From: Lytechinus pictus
Taxonomy: Eukaryota
Direction: 5' to 3'
NCBI RefSeq assembly: GCF_037042905.1
Contig: NC_087245.1
Location: 31,808,001 to 31,868,000 of the forward strand
DNA length: 60,000 bases
The notes beneath the pieces were generated by a model. It saw only the letters and a program-made list of their open reading frames with translations, ran no database searches and had not been told where the DNA came from. This document shows positions 38,801 through 51,054 of this stretch, piece by piece. Both the position numbers and the translations under genes were made by a program. Position 1 is the first letter of the stretch. Every line of letters begins with the position of its first letter.

Positions 38801-40738
38801 ACAAATGCAACCATCTCCGATAAATACAAGTTGGCAAAATCAAGGCATAGTCTCGGAACCGTTTCCGCTGAAGAGAGACAGGGGGGGGGGGGTGACGTAA
38901 GATGTAATGTAAAATGACAGGTACTGAGAAGAAAAATAGAAAGGATTGAGGGGGATGGGGGCGGGTATCCAAATCGGGGAGAAGGAAGAGGATACAGATA
39001 TGGGGATATATAAAGACGATAGATATAAGAAAGGGAGTGAAAGCCGTAGAAAATACCTTCAGTTACAGGTTAGAAACCAGAGGAAGGGATAACGAGGAAA
39101 TCCCTAATTGGTACCGTTTTATAAAATACATGCACATTTTATATTGACAAACGTGAAATAATTTAAACAAATTTACAATCCACCAGTCAATGATAGAAGG
39201 ATTTCAGTAGCTTTTTAAAACGGGCCCCTGGTACACTTTTGAACCCCCCCACCCCGCTTTCTCTCGTTCTCTCATCTTATTGCTCTTATTTTTGTCTTCT
39301 ATTTCAAAGGAAATAAGCAGAAAATAAAGCAATTTAGAACACCTTTTATCCCCTGCTCTTTTGAAAATGAAAACGTCCACCAGTTCTTGATCTCGGCACT
39401 CCCCAAACAAAAGAAAGTCATGGCGGACGCCCAAACAAATTCCTTTAATTTTTCAGAAGAGCAGGAGACAAATAGCCAGTTGACGCCCTGAATAAAAGGA
39501 AGATTAGTGTATTTCGTCAGGATGACCCACTGAATGCTTTTCGTATTCAGCAATACAAAAAGCTCTTAGGAATACTGTTTTTCATATTACGACAGTAATT
39601 TTTTTATAAAGCAAATGTTTACTCACTTATTGACAAAACATGCAGGCGCTTAAGACATGGCAAGAACGTTTTCTTCTTGAGCATGACAGTGCTTTCGTCA
39701 TAAAAAATACAATTTCCCCTAGGTGATGATACACATAGGGATGGAAGAAGTTGTAAGTGAGATTTAAAAAAAAGAATAGAAAATGCAAATCGAGATACAT
39801 GTAAAGGAGAATGATGAAACGACAGAATGAGAGGGGAAAAAGAAATAGATCCAAAAGGTATAATGTAAACCATAATATGCGCTTTTGCTATTGCATGAAT
39901 GTTTACTTATACAGAATTATAGATTAGCTGGATGTGGGGGGGGGGTGATCCGGCCAAAACAAAATCACAAGTTTATGGACTTCGCGTTTCATCTTCAGGA
40001 ACAAAACTTTTTTTTATTACAAACAATAATTCATGAAAAAATGAAACTGAAGGGGCGATTTCTGGTGGAACATTGAGGCCACCGTCTTAAAGCCCAGAAG
40101 CCAAAGATCACAGTTTCGGACTTTCGTTAGGCAGCAGCATCATCATTGTACTTGCAAGGGAATATTTGCCCTTTTGTATTCGTTCTGGAAAAAAAGGATA
40201 TTTGGTATGCTGTGATTTCACCCAAAACGGATTATCGTCGTAATTATACACTTTGCAAATGATCTCTATACAAGGGGCTAAAGACACCATTCTTGAGTAG
40301 CGTGACAATAGGCATGGAAGAAGCACTAGAGCAGACAACAAAGCGGTATCGATCGAACCCGACCCGTCCGCGCGTGCTGATTGCCCTTACGCATTTTTGT
40401 ACACAGTGCCTATTGACTTGGGAAAAAGCGAAGATTTGACAAAATAATACGACTATTTCCTATAAAATTTCTTAACTATTCTATTGATTTGAGAAGCGAA
40501 ACCTTCATTTCTAGAAAAAAAAATGTCTAATCTTTCATCTGTACATTTACTAAAAATCCTGAAAATACTTCAGTTTGGCGCAATTAGCAATTGTTTAGGA
40601 AAACACCACCACAGATCCAAATACTAGCAATGTACCGAAACGGCTCCGCCGGAGGGAGAGGTATCCGGTTTCGCGGGTCCGCACGCAAAGGGTTAAAGTC
40701 GCTCTTAACTTACGAACAGCTTTATGAAACACCCACCA
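35803..40738. mobile_element. MITE of the GGCCCGTTTCATAAAGCTG family, split by a piggyBac-like insertion
   Basis: The left part ends ...CCAGTTGTTC|TTAA and the right part resumes TTAA|AGTCGCTCTTAACTTACGAACAGCTTTATGAAAC. Joined, they reconstitute the element seen at 30895-31072. Confidence 0.88.
35947..40692. mobile_element. 4746-bp non-autonomous piggyBac-like transposon
   Basis: TTAA TSD at 35943-35946 and 40693-40696; 13-bp TIR CCCTTTGCGTGCG/CGCACGCAAAGGG; no intact transposase ORF in the track. Confidence 0.88.
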
Positions 40739-40940
40739 CGGCACCAGATTCCGTTTGTTTATAGCTGTATTCACTCTGATAGCCTAGGTACTATTACTGC
40801 CAGCCACCCATATCAAAGTGTTATTTCACATCAATATTTAGCATCATGTCTTGAGAACCAGCTTCGAATCATTAATCCGACACATGAGAGAAATTGGCAA
40901 GAGACTAAAGAGAGAAAGAAAGAGAGCGAGAGAAAGGGGG

Positions 40941-41194
40941 TACACTGTAAACAAATATTGGGTAAAATTTTACCACCACGAGGGTAATTATGTGCATATT
41001 TTCAACCAATTTTATGAAATATTTTACCTAATGTGGGAAGTATATTGTCCAGTAAGGTTAAAAAATAAGCAGCAATTATTCTAGAAAAAGTCATCACACT
41101 GGATTAATGAAAATGCCCAAAAGAAATGCCCAATTTTGGTTGGACACATAATTTCCCCCATGGAACACTTTTACCCAATATTTTTTAGAGTGTA
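40941..41194. mobile_element. TA-flanked MITE (TACACTGTAAACAAATATTGGGTAAAA...CCCAATATTTTTTAGAGTGTA)
   Basis: Inverted termini; an opposite-orientation relative lies at about 47010-47266. Confidence 0.75.
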
Positions 41195-41327
41195 TGGGGG
41201 TAGGAATGTACGACTTGTAGGCAAATGATCTTTTTTTTCTTGACTTGTGCGTTTACAATTTTTCTCTCACGCTATATCTTTGTGTTGGTTTTTTCATCTA
41301 CACTTTTTTTTCGAAAGCTATAAAGCA

Positions 41328-43004
41328 CAGGGGCGTCGATCCATTTTTCAGATTGGGGGGCAAAATCATGAATCAATGTTCCAAAGGCACGCTTGATCAT
41401 ACAAAACAAACAAACTCACCCACACACACATAGGCCTATATATATATATAATTATATATGAAGAGTTTATTTTCAAAAGTGGTTAGGTCCACTTTTGACC
41501 ATTCCGAGAAAAACCATGTTTTTATTCTCACTTATTGCAATATTCTTATGAGAAACTAAATTGTCATGATGTACTACCCTGATGGGTATAAAAGAAATCT
41601 ACCTGTTTTCAATTTTTTTCTATATATTAAAAAAAAATATATAATTGTGGAACTAACCCCTTTCGCAAGTAAAGTAAAATGAATCCAATCTCTTTTGATT
41701 AAGAAGGTGATTTTTCTTTGCCACTTTCATTCCCGTTTCATTTGAATTTCAAATTTTCTTTTGTATCATCAGAGTGACAAAAAAATTACAGGTTTAGAGA
41801 CAGAAAACAATAGAAGTTATAAAAAGTGGACCTAACCCCTTTTGACAAATTAGTTCTTCAGAAGAGTTTAGTTGCAAAAGGGGTTAGGTCCACTCCAAGA
41901 AAATCATTTTTTTAATTCTCCCATATTGCAATATTCTTGTGCGAAACTGGGTTTTCATGATACCGTACCATGAGAACATAAAATTGGGTATAAAAAATCT
42001 ACCTGTCTTCATATTTTTGCAAGATATTCTTTAAAAAAAATTCTGTGTGGATCTAAACCTTTTTGCAACTAAACTGAAATTGACCTAACACCTTTTGAAA
42101 AAAAAGGTAATTTTTCTTTGCCATTTTAGTTCACTTTTTAATAGGAATTTAAACTTTTCTTTGGTATCATCTTATAGAGCTACTAAAAATCTATACATTG
42201 AGACATAAAAATCTAATTTGATGAAAAAATGGACCTAACCCCTTTTGCAAGTGAGCTCTTCATATATATGACTCATGAGAAAGAGATACATATCTCACCA
42301 ACAAATATATGCGAGCGCGAAGCGCGAGCTGAAAATATTTAGTATATACTGACCTGAAAGCAGGAAACTGTTAACTGTTTGTAGTAACTCATGAGGAGGA
42401 TACATATCTCACTAAACAGATAATGCGAGTGCCAAGAGCGAGCTGAAATTTCTTTATATTCTGACCTGAAAGCTTGATATTCTAAGCATTTTTGTTACCA
42501 ATGATTAAGATGGGTATTCAAAAGAACAATAGATGCGAGCGCGAAGCGCGAGCTGAAAATTTGGATATTTCGATCTGAAAAAATTGACAGTTTAATGGAC
42601 TTTTTAATAAAGAACAAGATATATATCCAACAAAAGTTTATCGCAAATCGAAGTGGGATTTCTTTTGAGGTTTAGAACTGAAAACGGGACATTCTATTCA
42701 CCTATTTAATCATGAAAAGTATGGGTTTTTGCTACAGAAATGATGCGCGCGCGAAGCGCGAGCTGAAAATTTTTATATTCCAATCTGAAAAGCGGACATT
42801 ATGAGTACGATTTTAAATAAAGAACGAGTTGTGTATTTCAATCTCGCTTGCTGATTTCTGTGTAATATTACAATCTTATTTTATTTTTGCACATGAGGAA
42901 TTATTGGAGGGGGGGGGGCAAAACGATATGTTTGCCCCCCCCCCAATATTTTCAATGGTGGGGCGATCGCCTCCCTGCCCCCCCCCCCCGGATCGACGCC
43001 TCTG
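41328..43004. mobile_element. Non-autonomous hAT element with 8-bp TSD (ATAAAGCA), internal tandem repeats and a nested insertion
   Basis: TIRs CAGGGGCGTCGATCC and GGATCGACGCCTCTG; TSD at 41320-41327 and 43005-43012; internal units of about 110 bp carrying GCGAGCGCGAAGCGCGAGCTGAAA at about 42311, 42425, 42535 and 42745. Confidence 0.88.
41460..42261. mobile_element. Head-to-tail dimer of a 400-bp TIR element (GAAGAG...CTCTTC) inserted in a (TA)n tract
   Basis: Unit 1 at about 41460-41859 and unit 2 at about 41861-42261. Each is bounded by AAAAGGGGTTAGGTCCAC and GGACCTAACCCCTTTT inverted motifs. Confidence 0.75.
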
Positions 43005-43896
43005 ATAAAGCATGTACGTTAGTTGGCAAAATACATCTCAATATTTGGTTCAATCAATTCATAGGCTATATAACAATGACGAGCAGCAATTTTCCATAAT
43101 TCATATATTTAAGTGGTATCTGTTGATTTTGTAAACCGTCACGGCTCAACGCTATGATCGTTTCGAAGGCTTTATTTTTTTGTTCATGACTTTTGTTGTA
43201 CAATTTATTGAACCACATTGATCCATACAGATTTATGCACCAATTTTGAACTGAAATCATAAAAGGCAGAGATTACCATCAAGATGAGAATTACATGTTT
43301 GCGTTGCTTAAAACGGTTGTGACTTTATTGAACCCTGAAAGAGTATGGCAGCTTTTAATCACGAAAACATATGAGTTAATTTTCTGCAAAACGTGATGAT
43401 TTCCCAGTTTTGTAATCATGGGGATATAAACATGGACTATGAATAAAGAAAATCAAATGTCAAATCGATTTCCATTTAATTATCTGCTCGGTATGATCAG
43501 TCACACGTAATTGTCAAAATATAGTGATTTTAGGTCGATAAGAATGAATCACGAGAGATAATTAAGTGAGTAGGGAATATGAACGGTGAGAGTTAAGCCA
43601 ATACCAAAAGAAGCATGTTTGAATATGATGAGTTTTCTGATTTTGTACAATAAGCTACGTGCTAATTTTGACAATACAGGCCACACTATTGTATAACACG
43701 CAAGTTTTACAGATACTATCCAAATAAGTGTGCTGCCAATGTGCAGCCAATAAGCATAGCTTTAGGTCGACCGCAAACCGTGTCTAAACGAGTACTTATA
43801 GAATATATAAAGCGTGTTGTGTATAAAATATTTTGTACAAAATATGGACATTCAAGTATTTTTTCTCTAATATCCGTTTTCTCTTTCCATTGACAG

Positions 43897-44669
43897 TGTT
43901 AACGATGCTACGTGAAACTGAATGTTCATTTCTGAATGTGTTCCAGAGCAACAGCATGGTAACATCCGACTAGAGACCATCTACTCGCGGAAGATCTAAA
44001 GTCCGTTTACTGTAACAGCGTTGTCCTTCTTGGGCGGAAAGCGATGATCTACAAGTGGGCGGTCTTTTTTTTAGATGACCATAACAAAAGTTTATATTGT
44101 TCCAGCTGTACCACGTGGTTGATCTAAATGTGTCAAGACTACAACAGCGTGTTGGGCATACATTCAAAGCGCAAGTGATATGCGCTGGACTTCGTCCCAA
44201 CGGACGTATATGGATTCGTAGCGCTTGTCTTTGCGACCAAGGTTATCAAGTTCACTACCACTATCCGGTCAAAGAAGGTGTCCTTCGGGAGCAGTATAAA
44301 AAGCGATCTGCCTTTTAATGTAATCTATACAATCAAAATACACGTTATTGCAAGAAATTGATTGTGACCGAGGTCCCAAGCTCGGATAATCAATCTCATA
44401 ATTCCGAAATGCGAGAAAAGTTCTGCGTATACATAGTCAAATTCTGCATATGAGTGTTCGACATTTTGTAATAACTTCTCAGTATTGTTGTGTCAACTTT
44501 GGGAATACGATTATTAAACGCTGCTAACAGCCTTGCTGACATATTGGTATCAGTACCAATAGACTTTTATGAAAGAATCCCGATTCTTAAGTTTAACTTT
44601 ACTCTAACCCAAGTGTGCGGATATATTTCGCCTATCTTCAGTAGATCTGAACATATTCATCAACAAATC
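43897..44669 (+). other. 5'UTR part of the first coding exon of the GABA-B-like receptor
   Basis: Strong acceptor TTTTCTCTTTCCATTGACAG| at 43896; repeat-free sequence up to the ATG at 44670. Confidence 0.55.
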
Positions 44670-45047
44670 ATGGAATTCTTGACGCAACGTGCAACATGCA
44701 GTCCATGCGTCAATTTTCTACTTATCATATTGGCATCGTTCTCCGCATCCAATGGCAACGTCACATCCGTCGTGGTGCCATCTACTGCTGACGCGACCAA
44801 CTACCCGCATGCGATGACGGCGACTGCTTACACGACTTCGATGACGACCACGTCAGAGGAGTATCAGTACTTCCTGCAGGACATCTACCTGCTGGGGTTG
44901 TTCCCGATGTCCGGGTCGTGGGCTGGTGGACAGGGTCAGCGGAAGGCCATCATCCTCGGCCTCGAGCACGTGAACGAGAGAGAGGATATTCTGCCAGGCT
45001 ACAGGCTGACTCTACGCCCTCATGCGTCCGATCAAGCTGATACCCAG
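44670..45047 (+). CDS. GABA-B receptor-like class C GPCR (subunit-1-like Venus flytrap start), first coding exon; remaining exons not found in this window
   Basis: MEFLTQRATCSPCVNFLLIILASFSASNG (signal-like), then a Thr/Ser-rich linker, then IYLLGLFPMSGSWAGGQGQRKAIILGLEHVNEREDILPGYRLTL...DTQ. This resembles the GABA-B1 motif FPMSGGWPGGQ...ALEDVNSRRDILPDYELKL. Phase-0 donor CAG|GTAAGA at 45048. Confidence 0.88.
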
Positions 45048-45054
45048 GTAAGAC

Positions 45055-45318
45055 CAGGGCCCCGTCTTACAAAGAGTTACGATCGATCCAATCAGTCGTA
45101 ACTCTATGGAAATCCATCAGTGTCATAATCTTTTCTACAGGAAATATACACAATGTCCTTTGTAAATAAAGAGAAGCACAGTGAATTTTCCAGAAAACAA
45201 TGAATGCATGAATATACATCATAGAAAATATTTTGAACAAACATGCGTAATAGATGTTGACGTTGCTGGCCGTCCATCGATCGGATCAATCGCAACTTTT
45301 TGTAAGACGGGGCCCGGA
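45055..45318. mobile_element. MITE with TIRs CCAGGGCCCCGTCTTACAAAGAGTTACGAT...ATCGCAACTTTTTGTAAGACGGGGCCCGG
   Basis: Clear TIRs; same family as 21197-21462. Confidence 0.85.
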
Positions 45319-45449
45319 GCACCGTAACATAAGCTCAGCGACTGACCGTAGCAGTGATTTCAACGATCAATTCCATTGTTATTGCATTATAATCAATCAT
45401 AAAAATTAGGCCCACGATCAATCGCTAAGCTTTATGTAACGGGGCTCAG
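45316..45449. mobile_element. Adjacent MITE (GGAGCACCGTAACATAAGCT...AGCTTTATGTAACGGGGCTCAG)
   Basis: Imperfect TIRs abutting the previous element. Confidence 0.6.
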
Positions 45450-46789
45450 ATCGAAATTATATTCACATCAGTGATGATTATGATATTCTCTTCCGTTGAT
45501 GATGTTGGTACTTTTGCCATTGAGATTGTGGTTGTTGCTGTCTGTTTGATGCTGTTTTCTAATATTGACTCTGATTTTGTTGTTGATCTTGTCATTATTT
45601 ATATCTAATTATCGCCCGTTCGTGCTCAGTCTTGCTCGCTTTCGTTGGATGCAAGTCGTCTTTGCCTGCGTGGATTTCGATATTGCGTTCAAACTAACTT
45701 GAGAAAGAGCGCAAGGCCTCTGCTGTATTAACCTCGTAGTATGAGTTCATTTCGTTGCGTTGTTTTGCGTTTTTCTGCGTTCGGGCATTCCTCGGATAAA
45801 CTCAAGTCAAAACGCAAAGGTGTGAGCCAGGATCAACATTTAGCCGACATGATATTCTGCTGGAGACGTAAACGATATCTCTCTAGAATTATTTACTTCT
45901 GTCTCTATTTATCATGGAAATATAGTTTTGTTCAACATCGAACAATTAAATCGATTTCATTTTAATGAGATACAGGAATTTGAAAATACTTAAATTGTCT
46001 GGCAAGCGTAATTGAATAGATGCATAAAATCAACTTGAATAGATGTGACAGCGAGTAGAACAGATAATGCACTTTAAAACAAAGGTTTTCCGCTTTAGGT
46101 CTAGTTTGCTCAAAATTGATCAAGAAAGTACAATTGTCACTGATTCAATAATGTAAATTGCAAATAATAGAAACGGTAAAAACCAATCGAGAACTTGCAA
46201 AATTATATATCATTCTTCCATTAATGAATCTTGAAGCACTTAAGGAAAACACTCATTCAGATACTATTGAATATTGATGATTTAATTTGTGATCGGCGAT
46301 GATTTCTGCGGTTTGGCGCCATAAACATGATCAATCATTTCAGTTCGTTCTAAAACTATTTGCCAATGACCGATCTCAATTATTTAGGAAACGAGAGAAA
46401 AAAAGATGGAATAGATTTTTTGCGGAATTTACAATTTATTTTCATCTTTTAGTAACTCAAGTTGTAATAGCACAGTTCTGATTTCAGAACACATGTACAC
46501 ATCATAAATTCAATTGATTTAGAGGAATTGTATGGAAATGTCTTGCAGCTTCAGGAGACATGCTGCATTAAAAACATAACTAGGCAATAACTTTCCAAAA
46601 ACTCTATATTCATCCACAATAGAACAGTGTATTTGTTTTCTTATGATTTGGGGAAATAGTCACTACTTCTACTTGTGGTACCTATGATCCCCGGGCCTAT
46701 GATGTTTGCTATGATTGGCGGGGAAGACTCAAAGCTTGTGTTTTCTGTACTACTAATTTTTACTATACATGTGTACTATTGCTATATTG

Positions 46790-47009
<220 letters not shown>

Positions 47010-47010
<1 letters not shown>

Positions 47011-47266
47011 ACATTCTAAAAGAATATTGGGTAAAAATGTTCCATGACGGTAATCATGTGTCCAACCAGCAATGGGCATTTATTTTTGGCATTTTTATTC
47101 ATCCAGTGTGATGAAAATTCTGCCCATTCTAAAGTAATTGCTGCTTATTTTTTACCTTACTGGACAATATACTTTCCGCTTTGGGTAAAATATTGCCCTC
47201 AAATTGGTTGGACACATAATTACCCTCGTGCTGGTTAAAATTTTACCAAATTTGTTGTTACAGTGT
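47010..47266. mobile_element. MITE of the same family as 40941-41194, inserted in the CTA/ATA microsatellite
   Basis: TACATTCTAAAAGAATATTGGGTAAAAATG...TTTTACCAAATTTGTTGTTACAGTGTG. Confidence 0.7.
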
Positions 47267-48732
47267 GATAATAATAATAATAATACTTCTACTACTAACA
47301 CCTCCATTTATACTACTTCTTCTACTACAAATAGTTATACTACCTTTGGGGGGGAACATGGCCCTCAAGCTCCTCTCCCCACTACTACAATATTACTACA
47401 ACAACAGTATTTCTACTCCTGCTGCGGCTAATATCACTATGTTTTTCTATAATCATTTTCATTTCAATTTAATGTATAAACCAACCTATAGTAAATCATT
47501 AGTGACATGACAGTATGTGTGGGTTGAATGATATAATGGTTTGCTAAAGCTTTAAAGAAACAGCACTTTGAAAAACCTTGAAATGACATTTCAATTTCCA
47601 ATATCAACGCACAAAGCACGGGAGTTCCCGAGGGGCAATTACAGAAGCGACTAGAATGACTTTTACCATTAGCCTTGTGGCACATTCACACGAGAAGTAC
47701 GCATTCATTGCCGGTAAAATGTACTCTTGTCTCGTCTATGCTTGTCCTTATAACGTGTTCTCAAAATATATTATTTAAACTATGGTCCGGACATGAACTT
47801 TTATCAATCATTACCATTGTTATTGTTACACCTGAATGACGTAGGTGGTAGTGGTTGTGATGATTTTTTTTACCTGATTGCTAAGAAAGCATGAATGCTT
47901 CTAAGCAAAAGGCTGAACGCCCCCCCCCCCCCGGGGTCCAGTGCAGACTCATATTGACAAGAATATTGAATTTCTGATTTTAATTTTGTTGATATAATGA
48001 GTTGATCTCCTATTAAACGAGAAATAAGGACTGCATAAATCGATTAAAACGAAAAACAAATGGGGAATTGCACTCTTTATTTCTATTCAAGTTTCAAACA
48101 TTGAGTAAAATATATAAAAAAATCAGAAAAAGGTGAAGTGAAAGGTGAAGGCAGTCGTTCTCCTCATTTTAGTTTACAATGAATTTGGAAATTATTTTGT
48201 TGTTGTGTTGCATTCATTTTCAGCCCAGACTTGTTATATAATTATCGACACATTCGAAGATAATTGGTATTTTGCGTAGGTCTTCATGCTCGTTGCTTCA
48301 CGTTTCCACCATAATATTTACTCAAAATCCTGCTTAATTTCCATCCAATTCCTGTTTGTTTCCGAGCCAAATATGAGCTTTAATTCATGCTACCAATCGC
48401 ATGAAGACGCTCTTATCATACACCGAGGATTTTAAAAGGTGAACGGCAATGGATAGCTATTCATCGGAGATGGATAATCGGTCGCCTGTGAGAACAGTTC
48501 CGATACTGATTTATGAAAAGTGTGCTACCACAAATCAACTGAGCCCTTTCCATAAGCCGAGGACGTCGGGTTTGCTCGAATAGTTTAGACAGGATCCGAA
48601 TTGAAACTGTAGAGTATAAGTATCAAGATTCATGAAGATGCCATTCATGATTTTATTATTTAGTCGTTGGAGACCTATAGTGGATTTAAGCGACTTTAGT
48701 CTCGTATACAAATTGGATATGACTTTTGCAAT

Positions 48733-49238
48733 TTTACGCCCCTGTTGTCGCACTTGCATTGGTTGCCTGTACAGAAGAGAATTGTTTTCAAGATAATAGC
48801 AATATGTCATAAAACATTAGTTAGTAAGTCCCCATTGTACCTGTATAATCTGATTACTGAATATGTCCCACAAAGAAATCTCCGCTCTTCTAGCCAGAAT
48901 TTATTAACTGTACCAACGTCTAAAACATGTTCATTTGGTGATCGTGCCTTTCAGTCAGCAGCACATGTACTGTGGAATAAACTGCCTAATAATCTGAGGG
49001 CCATCACATGTACTTCCACCTTTCTAAAATCTTTAAAAACATACTTGTTCTCAGGTTAGATTATTTTGTTTAGGAAAAGTACCATGTATGTTACAATGTT
49101 TTGTTATTTTTTATTTAGTATTTATGTATTTTATTCTCAGTAGACCTGTATTAGACTTAATTACCTCTTTTGTAAAGCGCAGAGATTCTGTCGAATATTA
49201 TGCGCTATATAAGCATCTATTATTATTATTATTATTAT
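48733..49238 (+). mobile_element. 5'-truncated L2-clade LINE: ORF2 C-terminus, 3'UTR and (ATT)n tail
   Basis: TPLLSHLHWLPVQKRIVFKI...RNLRS...FGDRAFQSAAHVLWNKLPNNLR...FLKSLKTYLF* carries the LHWLP and RAF..AP.LWN.LP signatures of L2-type ORF2. The tail is GCGCTATATAAGCATCT(ATT)n. Confidence 0.9.
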
Positions 49239-50654
49239 CGCGATAGTATGGAATGCTCGTGAGGGGGGTGCGTCTCAAATTTAAGGCAATTCATGAATCA
49301 CGGTAATGATTAATGATGATAATGTTATAAAAAAAATGATAATATTAATATTAAAGGAGATAAATGTAATTTTTGAGATAAAATTTTAGGTCCTACAGAT
49401 TATTTTCTATCAAGACAGATTCCAACCTGGCACATTAAGAATGATAATTTACCCTGAATATTCTTTAAATGATGCTTTGTATTTTGAGAATGAGAATCCA
49501 TGAGGAATGACTCACTCATCCGAACGAATTCATTGAATATTGTTTTCCATTCTCATTTTTTTTTTCAAACTTAGCACGTAGCAACCTGTTCTGATTATTA
49601 AAAAAAGTGCGTTCAACGGTACATATAATTTACCAGAAAGAAGTTGTAGGTCAGAAAAAATTGCAGAAATTTGTAATAACTTGGATAGCCTCGGGAAAAG
49701 AGAGGATTTCTCTATCACCGAAATTGATTTAATTTTGAACGCACTCTCGATAATTCAGTCGAAAATCAGAAAATAGTACAGATGCAAACATAACTTGATC
49801 TAATAATCCAGATACGACCCCACGCTTATTTTGAGCGGGAAAACCGTCAATATTATTGGAATAGAACTGTCGATATATGCCCTTTTGAGGGCCGTTCTTA
49901 TTGTTGCAGATTAATATATGTGTATACATAATTAAGCCAGGCGAATTTCAGAGAAATTGTAATAACATTTGATATGAACATTCCAACCAAAAAACGAAAT
50001 TTCGAGCCTCTATGTAGGAATACAAGCAAATTCAACTCCAAAGTTTAATGACGTCATCATCGGCTGCGATTTGAAGCCGATTTGGACACTACCCGAGCAA
50101 CATGGCTTGCAGCAAAGCAGAATTCTGACTTGAGTATTGCTAACATTGTTCTAAATTTTAAATCAAATATTTTTTCTTCTTTGCACTTTCAGATTTAATG
50201 CAAAATGCGATTCATTGAAAAATCGCGTCGTAGTCTGAACGCGTGTGCCGGGCTTCATAAAAAAAAACAAAGGAAGGGTTGAAATAGATGTTTAGTTTTC
50301 GACTTCGTTGCTATCAATTGGTAACCTTTCAACCCATCGACTAAACTAAATGGAGATCTTTATCATCCACATGCTTTTTTTTCAAGTGAAAGTAAATTTT
50401 AAATAGAATGAAAGAAAATATTAAATAGAATTTGAGTAGTGGAGAAATAGCGATAGGATATGAAGAAAAATAAAATTATGATCTTGCGTTTTAATGCGGC
50501 CTTTTGAATTTTGCTCCCTCTTTCTCATCTTACCTTTAATTTTATTTTACGCCATCCACTATGCTCTTATTTTGTGTTAACTATTTCGTCTGTTTTATTG
50601 TCTATGCTTACGTTGGCATTTAGTGGATCAGTAAGATATGTCTGCTCTTCATGA

Positions 50655-51005
50655 ATTCCTTAAAACAGTCCTTAAAATGTCAATTTTTCTGGTCTGAATA
50701 TCAAAAAATTACAGCTCGCGCTTCGCACTCGCATTGGTTAGTGAAATATGTATGTTCTTATGTTTGCTTAGTGAGACAGGTAAGAATCGTGATAATAAAA
50801 TTGCTTATAATGTCCCTTTTTTAGGTGTGAATATCAATTTTTTTTCAGCTCGCGCTCGCATTATTTGATCAATAAGATACATATCCGTTTAATGGCATAG
50901 TCCTTAACATTAGGTCAGTGAACCTGGCAAGTGAGCGCGCTTCGCGCTGCCACTCAAAATGTTTTGCTTGTGTCCCCCAATGCCGTGACCCACGGTACGC
51001 CACTG
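50655..51005. mobile_element. Fragment of a hAT-like element with CAGCTCGCGCTTCGC repeats, ending GGTACGCCACTG
   Basis: Reverse-orientation relatives of the internal repeats at 42300-42800. Confidence 0.6.
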
Positions 51006-51054
51006 ATAACGCCACTGAAATCTTTTCGTAATTATGATTACTCTTCACAAATAT

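Noticed and set aside
42300..42800. Regularly spaced GCGAGCGCGAAGCGCGAGCTGAAA repeats as a CRISPR-like array
   Set aside because: The spacers are homologous to each other, the array lies inside a hAT element with a TSD, the context is eukaryotic and there are no cas genes.
44490..45101. 203-aa ORF taken as a complete gene
   Set aside because: It begins at a non-ATG codon. The real start is probably the ATG at 44670 and the exon ends at the 45048 donor; the last residues come from a MITE.
48745..49059. 104-aa ORF as a host gene or GPCR exon
   Set aside because: It is the C-terminus of an L2 LINE ORF2, followed by the LINE tail.
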